Shown: one piece after another, positions 42,042 through 57,826 of the stretch
Position numbering within the stretch: position 1 is the stretch's first letter
Layout: each line of letters opens with the position of its first letter
Sequence record: OP310983.1
Length of the DNA stretch: 64,000 nt
Direction: 5' to 3' (one strand)
Made by a program: the position numbers and the translations under genes
Notes under the pieces: generated by a model
The model's database searches: none
The model's input: only the letters and a program-made list of their open reading frames with translations
Told to the model about the DNA's origin: nothing

Positions 42042-43364
42042 ATGACTAATAATTCACTTAGTCATTCGGTCTTACTTGAATCAATCGACGGGGACAGCCC
42101 CGTCGATATGATCGCTACATGCGATGGATATCTAAAAGAATTATTGCCATCAATTGAAGATATTCAAAGTAGATTAGAATGCACTGAAAAAGACATTTTA
42201 GTTAAAACCTATACCGATGGCTTATTTCAAAAATATGCAGATAACCAAGATGTTGTTAGTGAACACATTCTAAAAACTGAGAATGTGTCATTAGAAGACC
42301 TATCTAAGACAGCACGAAATACCTGGGATGAAATGAAAAAATCCCAAGCAAAGCATCGAGATGAGTTAAAAGAGTATGCACGTGTTATTACACAAGGTAA
42401 TCAACGTACTCTTGAACGAATAAACATGCTTTTAGAAAGAGCTGAAAATATTAAGCATGAGCCATTTAAGCAAGAATTAAAATTTAAAAATACTAAACGA
42501 TTTAGTATTGATGGTAAATTCGAACCGACTACAGTTGATCCGATACTCATGCAAGTTAACAACTTGATAGCTTTCTATGATAAATCCCTACTCTTGTATA
42601 TCCAATCTGTAGCGGATATCCTTAGGAAATTATCATTTGATGAAAAATGGACTGATAGAGCTGCACAAGACTTTAGTAAGTTTAATGTTAAGAACTGGAT
42701 GAAGGGTGCAGTACCTATTAAGAAAGATGATAGATTTAGAGTAAGTTCTACAGTTTATCGTAGTATGCCAGTTCAAGGTAATAAGACTTTATTTGGCGCA
42801 GGGCCAACTGAAACACAGACTGAAGAGATCAGGGATTGGGATTTTTTAGTAAATACTGTCCGTGATTTTGCCTTTAAGTTTTATACTATTCCTACTATGA
42901 AGGATGCACCTGAAGGTAACAATACCTTTAAGGTTAATGATACGAGTTCAATTGGAAGACGGTTAGTATTATTAAGCGAAATGGCTAAACGTATAGATGC
43001 TAGAAAAGATTATGCAACTAAACTAGATTTTGAATTTGGTAGGTTAATGCAGTTAGCCGAGACTAATCGTCAACAAGCTGGTAGGATTCGGGCACAACAA
43101 TCTAATATGCGAAATCGTCAAGCAAAAGTTCAAGATCCTGATGCACCTGATGGCATCCCTGCTATCTCAAATATCATTAATTCAATTACATTAATGATCA
43201 ATAATGTAAGTCGCGTTGTAACAGATTTTAGTAATGCTCTTGCTGGTTTAGTCAGAGTAATGGGTCGACTAGTATTCGTGACCGAGTTAGAATTAAAAGC
43301 TTACCAGCGTCCAATTCAAAGACCTACGCAAGAACAAGTAAATAATCCCTCCCAGGTAAGGTAA
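42042..43364 (+). CDS. Head protein (gp92-like)
   Basis: SLE site; remote similarity to gp93-97 paralogs. Confidence 0.75.
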   Translation: MTNNSLSHSVLLESIDGDSPVDMIATCDGYLKELLPSIEDIQSRLECTEKDILVKTYTDGLFQKYADNQDVVSEHILKTENVSLEDLSKTARNTWDEMKKSQAKHRDELKEYARVITQGNQRTLERINMLLERAENIKHEPFKQELKFKNTKRFSIDGKFEPTTVDPILMQVNNLIAFYDKSLLLYIQSVADILRKLSFDEKWTDRAAQDFSKFNVKNWMKGAVPIKKDDRFRVSSTVYRSMPVQGNKTLFGAGPTETQTEEIRDWDFLVNTVRDFAFKFYTIPTMKDAPEGNNTFKVNDTSSIGRRLVLLSEMAKRIDARKDYATKLDFEFGRLMQLAETNRQQAGRIRAQQSNMRNRQAKVQDPDAPDGIPAISNIINSITLMINNVSRVVTDFSNALAGLVRVMGRLVFVTELELKAYQRPIQRPTQEQVNNPSQVR

Positions 43365-43369
43365 TTAAC

Positions 43370-44677
43370 ATGTCTCTACTTAAAATGCTAGACAAACTAT
43401 CACTTGAATCAATTGAAGATCAAGGCACTACGATTCATGGTGATGTTGAATTAGTCGTTGAAAATAAAACTTCTGCTGATGTATCATCCGTTTTAGCAGA
43501 AGTAGATCAGATTGAAAATAATCCCGTAGAAGAAGTTCTTGATGCAGATGATGCTATTCAACCAACTGCATTAGATACTGAAGTAACTATTGTTCAAGCT
43601 GAAGATGAATTAGGGCTAATTGAAGATGCTAAAGAAGCACTTGAAAAGTTCCAAGGTCTTTTACTTCAAGCTGGTGAAGATGGTATCTCTCGACAAGCAG
43701 CTGCCTTCATGCATGTTGGCATGGAATCAATCGATCGTATCCTAGGTATTGAAAAATCTGGACTCACTGCCGCGCTTGAGAATTACGATGCTTCTCCACG
43801 CAGCGCTATTCAGAAAGCAGCTGTTATCTCTCTTGAGGATCTCAAAGAGAAACTAAAAGAAGCAGGTAAGAAAGCTTTAGAGATTATCAAGAAAATTGTT
43901 GCAATGATAAAGCAGAAGATTAAAGATTTTAATCCTAAGCTGATTGCACTCGATATGCGTATTACTAAAACTATTGATGCTATTAAATCACTCAAAGCCG
44001 GTGATCTAAAGAAAGAAGAGATTAAGTTCACTCCTTCTGAGTATATGGTATCTAGTAGTGGCTTTATTGCAAATAATCCGAAGACTATTGCAGACTTCAT
44101 GACTGTATTCTCAACTCAGTATGTATCTGCTCTTAGGAAATATGGCGAACTTGGAGTACGTTATCTCAAAGGTGACAAGTCTATTGATATTGATCAAGTC
44201 ACCAGTGATTTACAAGCTAAGATGGCTGAAGATATTAATAAAGCCGTTGAGAAAGCTCCTGGTAATGTTAAGTTAGAAGTTACTTCTTCTAAGTCAGGTG
44301 TGAATAAGTGGGAAGTTGTTGAGGGTGATGGGGAAACGGATCTACATGAAGTTGAAGTTGATGTCCGTGCACCGAGTAAAATCTTAGCACATCTTAATAT
44401 TCTTAAAGGTCTTGTTATTAAACTACAGGACTTTAATAAGATTGATTACAAGATTGCTGAGAATCTTGAAAAGGCCCTAGCTGATTGGAATCCTGACGAA
44501 GCAGGCATGTCAAAAGAAACAGCGCGTGATGCACTGAATATTGGTGGTATTGATAATAGTGCACTAGTTAACTATATTGCTAAATGCATCGCTGCGCAGT
44601 ATACATTTATTGTTAAACATGAATTAGCTGCGTACGGCAAAGAAACTTCTAAAGCACCTGAGAATGATGAGAAGTAA
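43370..44677 (+). CDS. Head/inner-body protein (gp93-like)
   Basis: SLE/ALE sites; G-GISxQAAAFMH paralog motif. Confidence 0.8.
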   Translation: MSLLKMLDKLSLESIEDQGTTIHGDVELVVENKTSADVSSVLAEVDQIENNPVEEVLDADDAIQPTALDTEVTIVQAEDELGLIEDAKEALEKFQGLLLQAGEDGISRQAAAFMHVGMESIDRILGIEKSGLTAALENYDASPRSAIQKAAVISLEDLKEKLKEAGKKALEIIKKIVAMIKQKIKDFNPKLIALDMRITKTIDAIKSLKAGDLKKEEIKFTPSEYMVSSSGFIANNPKTIADFMTVFSTQYVSALRKYGELGVRYLKGDKSIDIDQVTSDLQAKMAEDINKAVEKAPGNVKLEVTSSKSGVNKWEVVEGDGETDLHEVEVDVRAPSKILAHLNILKGLVIKLQDFNKIDYKIAENLEKALADWNPDEAGMSKETARDALNIGGIDNSALVNYIAKCIAAQYTFIVKHELAAYGKETSKAPENDEK

Positions 44678-44681
44678 CAAA

Positions 44682-44714
44682 CATAATGAGGAACCCTTCG
44701 GGGTTCCTCTTATG
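44682..44714. terminator. CATAA-hairpin-TTATG element
   Basis: cataat-gaggaaccc-ttcg-gggttcctc-ttatg. Confidence 0.65.
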
Positions 44715-44746
44715 CTATGTAATTAAGTATTCTTGAGGAATTGTAA

Positions 44747-46264
44747 ATGAACTTAAATAAGTTACTTGATAGTTTAGAAGGTTATGGTGTTGTCGAAGTA
44801 AAAGAAAAAGTCGCGAAAGCCAAACTAAAGCACGCTGCTACAGACGACAAGCAAATATCTAAAGAACCAGAAGAAGCTGCCAAATTAATTGATGAATTAC
44901 CAAATGATGTAAAAGCAACTAATAATGGGTTAGATGTTGAAGAAGCACATAAACCTAATATCCATTGGAAATCAGATCGTGGTTTAGTTACTGAAGTTGA
45001 TTCATTTGGTAAAACATACGTCGCATCAGAAGAATATCCAGCATCACCCCATGATACCCGAGAAAGTCCTGATAATAGACCTACACCAGTGGATGGTAAA
45101 GATTTAGATAGTGATGATGATCATTTAAATATCTTTGCGTATGATACACCTCCATCTCAAAACATGACATATCAGCTAAATCAATTACTGCATGCGCGTA
45201 CTAGTTTAGAATGTTTTATAGATTTATTAAATACCGCTGGTGATAGAGGTATTACTAAACAATCAGCTGCTTTTATGCACGTTACATTAGAATCAATTGA
45301 TAAGCTTATCGGCTTTGAAAAGATTAGTATTGAAGATTTTAATGCAACCCCTAGCAGCGCTATGCGTTTTGTAAATATTTCTCAAGAAGAAATAAAAGAA
45401 CGTATTGAAAGTATAGGTAAAAAGATACTTGCTTTAATAGTCCATGTTATTGAACAAGCTAAAGTAGCGGCACAGCGTGTACTAACTGGAATCAAATCAG
45501 TTGAAGATAAAACTGATGAGTTAATTGAAAAAGCGAAAAGTTTAATCAATAAGCCAACTGTATCAAATGAAAGGGTAACACCTGATTTTGATATGTCAAT
45601 TAAAATTGACAATCCTAAAATGTTATTCATTGGTGATGAATTTGTTTTAGACGATTTAACTAATGAAACAAAAGTTAGTCAATTTCTAGCTAAAGAATGG
45701 CCAAATATAGCTAGATCAAACATTGATAAAGTAGTTAAATTAATTAAAGACTACGACTTAGAAGATAATGAACTAGATAAGTTTAAAGAGGCTTTTGAAT
45801 TTATTGGTGAAGCTAATCAGTTAGATAAAGTAAAAGATACTTCTCTACCTGGTAATAGTAAACTTATATTCCAGAAAGATAAATATGCTCCACGACTTGG
45901 TGAAGATAAACATGGTGATGGTCCAGATACAATCACGATCGAGCCAAGGCCGCCTGTTGAAGTGCGTAAAACATTAGAAGTTAATAAAGAAGCTATTCGT
46001 CGTTTAGGTGATCTATTTAAAGCTGAAAAAGATGTCCTTGAACAACTGAAGAAGGTTGCACAGGGCATTGAGGACATGGAGCTACGTAGGTCTAAAGCTA
46101 TTTGGAAAGGTGCTCGTGATGATGCAAATGAGATTATATCTTTAGTTAATGGCTTTATTACCGATATGTCACCAGAATACGCAACACTAATTAGTTACCT
46201 ATTACGTATTGCAAAGCAACGAAATGCTGTTTGTAATATGGAATTAGAAAGATATGGCCAATAA
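44747..46264 (+). CDS. Head protein (gp94-like), gp93 paralog
   Basis: GITKQSAAFMH motif, SLE sites, LPGN motif. Confidence 0.8.
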   Translation: MNLNKLLDSLEGYGVVEVKEKVAKAKLKHAATDDKQISKEPEEAAKLIDELPNDVKATNNGLDVEEAHKPNIHWKSDRGLVTEVDSFGKTYVASEEYPASPHDTRESPDNRPTPVDGKDLDSDDDHLNIFAYDTPPSQNMTYQLNQLLHARTSLECFIDLLNTAGDRGITKQSAAFMHVTLESIDKLIGFEKISIEDFNATPSSAMRFVNISQEEIKERIESIGKKILALIVHVIEQAKVAAQRVLTGIKSVEDKTDELIEKAKSLINKPTVSNERVTPDFDMSIKIDNPKMLFIGDEFVLDDLTNETKVSQFLAKEWPNIARSNIDKVVKLIKDYDLEDNELDKFKEAFEFIGEANQLDKVKDTSLPGNSKLIFQKDKYAPRLGEDKHGDGPDTITIEPRPPVEVRKTLEVNKEAIRRLGDLFKAEKDVLEQLKKVAQGIEDMELRRSKAIWKGARDDANEIISLVNGFITDMSPEYATLISYLLRIAKQRNAVCNMELERYGQ

Positions 46265-46351
46265 ATATATCTAAGTGTTCATTTTTATCTAAGTACCTAA
46301 TTCTATGGTTTATTGTTAAACGCGCGCAAAGAAATTCCTTGAGGAAATAAC

Positions 46352-47995
46352 ATGACATTTAAACTCAATGAGTATCTAGATAGTCTAGAAGACTATACTG
46401 AGGTACCTATTCCTGAAACAGCAGTTGATAAAGTAGCAGCCATGACTAGTGGCGATTGTATTTCTGAAGACGCTGTACCTGAAAATACTATTCAAGATGT
46501 GACTGACAATAATGTTGGTGTAACACCAACTGCACCAGTGGATGCAGATACCACTATTGTTAATACTCCTAATAATGGCGTTATTGTTGAGACTCCAGCT
46601 GCTACTCTAGTTGAACAACCAGCTGTACCAGTTACCGTAGTTGAAACAGATGTAGTAACAGAAGTACCCCCTATTCCTGAACAACCTAATATTGCTGTTG
46701 AAACAGTTATTCCAGCAGGTGCCGAAGGAGAGGAACCACAAGGTGGTGAAACAGTAACTCAGCAAATCGCTGATCAGGCTGCCAAAGATAGTTCTATTCC
46801 ACTAGCGCATAATGGCGTGGTGCCACAGATCGCTGTTGCAGTGGATATGGATAAACCTACTGATTTCATGGACATTGGTAATGCACAAGTAGTTACTACA
46901 GCAGTGCAAGATATTAATCAAGGTCTAAATACCGCATATGCCCTAGAGTCGATTAAAGCTCTTGTTCGACAAGCTGGTATTAATGGTATCAGTCAAAGTA
47001 CAGCTGCATTTATTCATTCTGCACTCTTACCACATCGTCATGTACTTGGTGATAATACTTTAACTAGCTCATTAGAAAACTATACGACTGGTGGTAAAAG
47101 TCATTTATATCCAGTTAAGATTTCAACTGAGGATATTAAAGAGTTAAGTCGTAAGGCGCTTGCTTATATCAAGAAAGCTATTGCTAAACTACGTGAAATT
47201 ATTAGCCACGTATGGGATAGTCTTAAGAATAGTGTACCGCGTGTGAGCGTAAAAGTTGATGAACTCATTTTAGCTATCCAAAATGCTAAGTTTGAAAATA
47301 TACCCAGTGAATTAACGGTTCCTGTTAAAAATGGTGGACCCGTATTTGCTAATGGTAAATTCATTCAGCCTTCAGCTAACGTTGGATATGGCCCTATTGT
47401 TAAATGGATGGCATCTGTATATGCAAAAGACTATGCTACCTACCTAACGAATATTGGCACTGTGCTTAAAGCTTGGGATCCAGAGCGTAATGATGCTAGC
47501 GAACTAGTTGAGAAGATGGACAAACTTCAAGATGGGCCTCTCAAACACTACGCTAGTACATCTAACACTTTACCGGGTAATAAGCTTGTAACTACGACTG
47601 CTACTCAAGTATATCTAACGGATGATGAGACAGCCGCAGAACCTGGCGCTGAAGTGACTTTAAAGAACTTTGATAAGAGTCAAGCTAAGAAAGAAGCAGT
47701 AGCTCTACGTAATCTGGTTGATGATGCAGCTAATGTTATCACTGGCGGACGGAACATTGTTAAAGCCATTAAGCAACTTGAAGATGATGTTGATCAACTT
47801 TCACGGAAACTAGAGAGTGATAAAATCGACGATGTTTCTAAAGAACAGATCGAAGAAGTATCACGTAAGGTAGCATCTATTATTACAGATAGTGCACCTA
47901 AACATGACTCCATTATTCGTGAAGCAATGCGTTACGCAAATACTGCAACTGGACTTTATAATAGTGTAATTAACACTAAATTCCAAGCAGAATAA
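46352..47995 (+). CDS. Inner-body protein (gp95-like), gp93 paralog
   Basis: GISQSTAAFIH motif, SLE sites, LPGN motif, T/V/P/E-rich propeptide. Confidence 0.8.
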   Translation: MTFKLNEYLDSLEDYTEVPIPETAVDKVAAMTSGDCISEDAVPENTIQDVTDNNVGVTPTAPVDADTTIVNTPNNGVIVETPAATLVEQPAVPVTVVETDVVTEVPPIPEQPNIAVETVIPAGAEGEEPQGGETVTQQIADQAAKDSSIPLAHNGVVPQIAVAVDMDKPTDFMDIGNAQVVTTAVQDINQGLNTAYALESIKALVRQAGINGISQSTAAFIHSALLPHRHVLGDNTLTSSLENYTTGGKSHLYPVKISTEDIKELSRKALAYIKKAIAKLREIISHVWDSLKNSVPRVSVKVDELILAIQNAKFENIPSELTVPVKNGGPVFANGKFIQPSANVGYGPIVKWMASVYAKDYATYLTNIGTVLKAWDPERNDASELVEKMDKLQDGPLKHYASTSNTLPGNKLVTTTATQVYLTDDETAAEPGAEVTLKNFDKSQAKKEAVALRNLVDDAANVITGGRNIVKAIKQLEDDVDQLSRKLESDKIDDVSKEQIEEVSRKVASIITDSAPKHDSIIREAMRYANTATGLYNSVINTKFQAE

Positions 47996-48008
47996 TGATA
48001 GGTGACGA

Positions 48009-48043
48009 CATATTGACGGGGCTCGGAAGAGTCCCGTCTTATG
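48009..48043. terminator. CATA-hairpin-TTATG element
   Basis: catatt-gacggggctc-ggaa-gagtcccgtc-ttatg. Confidence 0.6.
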
Positions 48044-48056
48044 TTAGGAGTTAGCA

Positions 48057-49172
48057 ATGGAATTAATTGATATTTATAAAGATACACCAGATGAAATGAT
48101 TATTGATCTTGATGAACCTAAAAGACTTGCAGATTTATTATCAGGCGATGAAGCATTAGCTAGGCGAGTGATGGATCTATTAGGTGGTATGGAAGATTAT
48201 AATCAGATCCAAGGGGTTATCAAAGAATTAGAGGATGTGGTATCTACTGAAGATATTAGTGATACTATTAAACATGTCATTGATCGAGTTATTAAACTAT
48301 TTGTCACCACTATTGAGAAACTAATGGATAGTGGAGTAGTATTAGCAGCTACAGCTGAATATGTTGCAATTCGAGCAGAAAACTTACGAGTTAACAGTCG
48401 TGCTAGAACTCGTAAAAATAAGAATCCTACATTCCTAATTACAACCCGTATTCAGAACTTAAGTGTTAGATATAAACCCATTACCAATAGTGCTAATTTG
48501 CTATCTCACTTACGTGTGTTAGAGACAGTAGTTGATGGGTATATTAATGGATTAGACAATGTCATCCTAAGACCAGCTAGTATCATACCCTCGTATATGA
48601 CTCCAAATGCTAGTCCAGATGCATTAGCAGAACTACTATTAAACAGTGCTCCAACTAAAATCACCACGCCATCTATTTATCGTGATCAAGGTAATCGATT
48701 TGTATCGTTGCATTTGCTAGGCAATCATCAGATTGTAATTAACTATAATCCTGATAAGAATGCAAGTGCTTATGATCAGTGTAGGGATATTTCTTCACGG
48801 TTAGTTCCATCTGAAGAAACCCCTAGACCACTACCAGTCGAAATAGAATTTGAACATTTCAACCATCAAGTTACTGAAAGTATTATTGATCGAGTTGTTA
48901 AGGTAGTTGATAAGATCAATCGTGCAAATGCTGCATCGATGCGTACTCGTCGAAATGAACGGTTAAGGACTCTTAAAGGTGCATTAATCAGGTTTAGAGA
49001 TGAACTAACACGTGCTCGTAATGAAGGGCGACCTGATAGAGAAATACAAGAACTTGTTTCATTGGTAGAAACATATGTTGATTGGTTGGCTATTCCTTAT
49101 CACGACCTATTTAAATTAACATGTCGTAATTTGACTGCCATACTCAATGTATGCGATGAAAATCTAAAGTAA
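48057..49172 (+). CDS. Head protein (gp96-like)
   Basis: SD aggag; GME and STE processing-type sites. Confidence 0.78.
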   Translation: MELIDIYKDTPDEMIIDLDEPKRLADLLSGDEALARRVMDLLGGMEDYNQIQGVIKELEDVVSTEDISDTIKHVIDRVIKLFVTTIEKLMDSGVVLAATAEYVAIRAENLRVNSRARTRKNKNPTFLITTRIQNLSVRYKPITNSANLLSHLRVLETVVDGYINGLDNVILRPASIIPSYMTPNASPDALAELLLNSAPTKITTPSIYRDQGNRFVSLHLLGNHQIVINYNPDKNASAYDQCRDISSRLVPSEETPRPLPVEIEFEHFNHQVTESIIDRVVKVVDKINRANAASMRTRRNERLRTLKGALIRFRDELTRARNEGRPDREIQELVSLVETYVDWLAIPYHDLFKLTCRNLTAILNVCDENLK

Positions 49173-49271
49173 GATTCCAGCGCAATATTTTGAATGTTAA
49201 CGTTCGTCGCTTGGAGTTATGACTAAGACGAATAGCATAACTCATAAACTCTGTACAGAAGGTATATTAAC

Positions 49272-51722
49272 ATGATGGTAAATATTCACAAATATGTAGC
49301 CAGCCTTGAGAACCAAGATGGTACGGCTGTGGAACAGGATGTATCCAAAGTCGAGACATCTGTTAAAGATGATCATGAACTAGTTCAAGATTTAAAGAAA
49401 GATAATGATGCATCTGCAACTATTGAGAATGAAACTGTTAAAACAGATACTGATATTATCTCTGCTGAAGAACATGAAGAAACAGCACATGCTGCTGATA
49501 AGTCAGCAGTAATTGTTGAAGAAGTTGTACCAGAAGAAACTGTTGTTGAGGAAAGTATTCCTGAACCGCTAGCTACCACTAGTGTCGAAGAAGGCGAAGA
49601 AGCAGTTAAAGTTGCTGAAGCTGAAATCGCTGAAGAAATCGGTACAATTTCTGAAGGCGGTAAAGAGGTTTTAGATTCAACCACTGAAATTATTGAAGCT
49701 GCACAAGATGCGGCTGATGATACTGAACTAGTGCCTGTTGCAGAAGCACCTGGTGAAACAGCAGTGGAATTAACTCCCACTGAAGAAACCCCACTTGGTG
49801 ACGAAACTCCGCCTCCTGCACCACTGTCTGAAGAACTTCCAGCTGGTGATGAACCCGTGTCATCCACTATGGATACACTACCGGATGAAGTATTAGATGC
49901 TGGTGAAGTTGTAAGCGAAGCAGTTCCTGGTATCGATGATGATGTAACACCGGAAGAAGCCGGTGCTGAACAGACAACTGCTGATGAAAGTTCCAATGAT
50001 GAACCTGATGCAGAGATTACTGAAACTGAAGAAGTCGATGTTACTGAACCAGCTGTAGCTGATGCTGAAACAGAAGTTGTTGAAACCGTGGAAGACACGC
50101 CGGATACAACTGATAGTGAAGTAGCTGAAGTAGTAGAGACGGAATCTGAAAGTATCCCTGCTGAAGCTGAACCGGATGAAATCGTAGCAGTTGATGAAGA
50201 AGTAGCTGTAACTGATCCAATTGTAGAAGAAGCTGCCGAAACAGCAGAAGTAGCTGAAGACGGCTTAAGCGAATTGGAAGAAGTTCGGGATGAAGCTGAA
50301 GAAGAATTAACTAATGATGACAGTGATTCTACTGATGTATTAATTAATGAAGCTGAAACTGAAGAAACAGTTGCTGAAACTGAAACAGCATCTACTATTG
50401 CTGAACCAACAATTGAAGAAGGTGCAGTTGAAGATGATAGTGAAACAATTGTCGCTGAAGCTGATGATGATGTCTCTGAAGATGACATCGAAGAGAAACT
50501 AGCTGAAGGTGAAATTGATATTCCAGATGTCGATGTAGAAGTAACTGAAGATGATGTTGAAGAAGCAGATGAAGCTGCTGATGAGGCAGTTGCTGAAGCT
50601 GATGATCTTGAAGATGAAGTTGAGGACAGTAAGAAGACCATTGGTCAATTACTTGAAGAGCAGGCATCAAATGAATCAATGCTTGAGATTCTGCATTATG
50701 GACTAGAACATAAGCAGTATAGCCCTCAGTTCATCGTTCATGCTAATAGCTGCTTAGAACGTCTACACAATGCCTTTGATGTCTATTCACCTGGTATTCC
50801 AGCAATGGAAGATTATGGTTATGGTAATCTAGAAGATTACTATAAGGCGATGGTTACTTCACTAGAATCATTTAATAGCACTATTGGTAAGTTTGTTCGA
50901 AATATTATCGACAATATTGCTGAAGGTGCAAATGCATCCATCCATGTTAAAGCTAACCAAAAAGAACTCGCCGCAGCTAATACTAAAGCTGACCAACTTC
51001 TAGTTAAGCTTAAAGACACTGATAATTTTGAAAGTAAAGAAATCAAAATTAATGGTATTCTAAAAGGTGATGATAATCTAGTGCGTGGTGTTGCTGGAGA
51101 GGTTCGTCGTATTAGCGATATTATTAACAAATGCTTTAAAATCGATGGTGAATACATCGAACGTTTAGTTGGTCATCTAGCAACTGCTATTGAAGCTGAT
51201 AGTGAAGAAGCTATTGATAAGGCTCTAGAAGAAGCAACTAAATTAGAAGTACCTGTTAAGAAATATCCTGAAAGCGCATTCATTAGTGGAAAACTAGATG
51301 GTAGCTTTGTATTTGAGCGCTCTGGCCGTGATGTCACTGGTCGAACCAGTAAAGATATTGAACGACTAGCAGCTATTGCACTTCCAACTGGTGAATGGGG
51401 TGCTACCGGCACTGGCACTGCTAAAGTTAGCCGTAAAGACGTTACTGAACTAATGAAACTTTCTAAAGTTCTAATTGGTCTTGGTAATGCCTCTCTAAAA
51501 GTTAGCGGTAACCGTGGTGTACGTCGTCTTGACCAAGCTAACCGTGATATCTCTAAAGTGGCTAGCATGGATAGTAAAGCCGGTAAAAAGAAAGTCCGGC
51601 AACTAGCTGGCGCAGTATGGGAAGTTGTTGGCCAATCGGCTGAAAACCACACCATTCTAGTTGATTACATTGTAGCTCTTACCAATGCAATTAACACTGC
51701 TGTGAATCGTGCCATTAAGTAA
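49272..51722 (+). CDS. Inner-body protein (gp97-like) with a very acidic propeptide
   Basis: 816 aa; about 450 aa E/D/A/T/V-rich, then AME/SLE sites and a helical domain. Confidence 0.82.
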   Translation: MMVNIHKYVASLENQDGTAVEQDVSKVETSVKDDHELVQDLKKDNDASATIENETVKTDTDIISAEEHEETAHAADKSAVIVEEVVPEETVVEESIPEPLATTSVEEGEEAVKVAEAEIAEEIGTISEGGKEVLDSTTEIIEAAQDAADDTELVPVAEAPGETAVELTPTEETPLGDETPPPAPLSEELPAGDEPVSSTMDTLPDEVLDAGEVVSEAVPGIDDDVTPEEAGAEQTTADESSNDEPDAEITETEEVDVTEPAVADAETEVVETVEDTPDTTDSEVAEVVETESESIPAEAEPDEIVAVDEEVAVTDPIVEEAAETAEVAEDGLSELEEVRDEAEEELTNDDSDSTDVLINEAETEETVAETETASTIAEPTIEEGAVEDDSETIVAEADDDVSEDDIEEKLAEGEIDIPDVDVEVTEDDVEEADEAADEAVAEADDLEDEVEDSKKTIGQLLEEQASNESMLEILHYGLEHKQYSPQFIVHANSCLERLHNAFDVYSPGIPAMEDYGYGNLEDYYKAMVTSLESFNSTIGKFVRNIIDNIAEGANASIHVKANQKELAAANTKADQLLVKLKDTDNFESKEIKINGILKGDDNLVRGVAGEVRRISDIINKCFKIDGEYIERLVGHLATAIEADSEEAIDKALEEATKLEVPVKKYPESAFISGKLDGSFVFERSGRDVTGRTSKDIERLAAIALPTGEWGATGTGTAKVSRKDVTELMKLSKVLIGLGNASLKVSGNRGVRRLDQANRDISKVASMDSKAGKKKVRQLAGAVWEVVGQSAENHTILVDYIVALTNAINTAVNRAIK

Positions 51723-51726
51723 CAAA

Positions 51727-51759
51727 CATAACGGGGAGCCTTCATGGCTCCCTTTTATG
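51727..51759. terminator. CATAA-hairpin-TTATG element
   Basis: cataac-g-gggagcc-ttcat-ggctccc-ttttatg. Confidence 0.6.
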
Positions 51760-51787
51760 CTGTTAGACCATGATCTTATGATCTTAA

Positions 51788-54843
<3,056 letters not shown>

Positions 54844-54847
54844 TACC

Positions 54848-56813
<1,966 letters not shown>

Positions 56814-56837
56814 GTGGAGGGTTTATTTAGGTGTATT

Positions 56838-57260
56838 ATGGAACAACTATTTATACGAGTTGATGTGAGGTGGTCACAACAATTCTTTTCTGAATTAAAA
56901 CAATACTTTAATTATACCGCAAAAGATGAAGATGATCTTAACTACCTGATTATTCTTTATATTAAAGAACGACATAATTTCTTTTGGACATGTGTTCCAG
57001 ATAGATACAATGATGTAATGTGTAGTTTCTATAAATCAATTTGCGGTTATCCAATAAATCCTAATATCATTGCAAATAGATTTGATCAACTCTATCGTGA
57101 GATTATGAATAGCCTATTGCAAATAAAAGGTATTATCAAAGATATAGTTGCTGTTAAAACAAAAGAAGGGGATATCGAGGGATTCATTATACATTCTGAA
57201 TCACTACCTAGGTCCTACCCAAGACCTACTAATTGGAAAGGTGTATTTGAAAGATCTTAA
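56838..57260 (+). CDS. Hypothetical protein
   Basis: SD aggtg before ATG 56838. Confidence 0.65.
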   Translation: MEQLFIRVDVRWSQQFFSELKQYFNYTAKDEDDLNYLIILYIKERHNFFWTCVPDRYNDVMCSFYKSICGYPINPNIIANRFDQLYREIMNSLLQIKGIIKDIVAVKTKEGDIEGFIIHSESLPRSYPRPTNWKGVFERS

Positions 57261-57280
57261 ACAGTATATTACACATATGA
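57244..57280 (+). promoter_or_regulatory. Early promoter (TATATTAC 57265-57272)
   Basis: ttaaacagtatattaca shared with 58445-58461. Confidence 0.7.
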
Positions 57281-57299
57281 ACTAATGTGGAGTATATAC

Positions 57300-57425
57300 A
57301 TGAAAAACATCCCTCTAAATAAACCTAAACAACCGGTAGTACCTGAAACATGGATAAAACTTCATCATGTAGTCGTATTATTCATTCTCTCACTAATAGG
57401 AACTTTAATCTTCAATGGTATTTAG
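57300..57425 (+). CDS. 41-aa tail-anchored membrane peptide (not in ORF track)
   Basis: SD tggag; MKNIPLNKPKQPVVPETWIKLHHVVVLFILSLIGTLIFNGI. Confidence 0.65.
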   Translation: MKNIPLNKPKQPVVPETWIKLHHVVVLFILSLIGTLIFNGI

Positions 57426-57433
57426 GAGGACAT

Positions 57434-57826
57434 ATGTCATTTATAATTGCTATATGTCTAGCAGTAATGGTAATAGGTATTTTCACTATTGGATCTAAAG
57501 TTAAAGCTTTATGGAATCTTATAAATGGTAAAACTTTAAATGAGTATAGGAAATGGCGCGCAGACTTTAATGAAGTAATTCAATGGCTTCATGAAGGTGC
57601 CTTCTTTACTAAATCAGGTTTATTTAAAGATCAAGCTATCTCGATTAGATTGTGTGAGCTATCTCGCAGTAAGAAATTATTCTCAATGCTACGGCGTTCT
57701 AAGTTCGAAGTTATAACTGCTAAGGTATTTAGGGAAATAACTGGTGAGCCTTCAGAGTATAATTATTACTTGAAATTTAATAAGGCTTATATTGGCTTCT
57801 ACAATGCTAATCCAGAAATCCAATAA
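57434..57826 (+). CDS. N-terminally anchored membrane protein
   Basis: SD aggagg at ATG 57434; MSFIIAICLAVMVIGIFTIG. Confidence 0.75.
   Translation: MSFIIAICLAVMVIGIFTIGSKVKALWNLINGKTLNEYRKWRADFNEVIQWLHEGAFFTKSGLFKDQAISIRLCELSRSKKLFSMLRRSKFEVITAKVFREITGEPSEYNYYLKFNKAYIGFYNANPEIQ

Noticed and set aside
49385-50641. 418-aa Ser-rich ORF on the minus strand
   Set aside because: Antisense shadow of the GAA/GAT/GCT-rich acidic region of gp97; no independent signals
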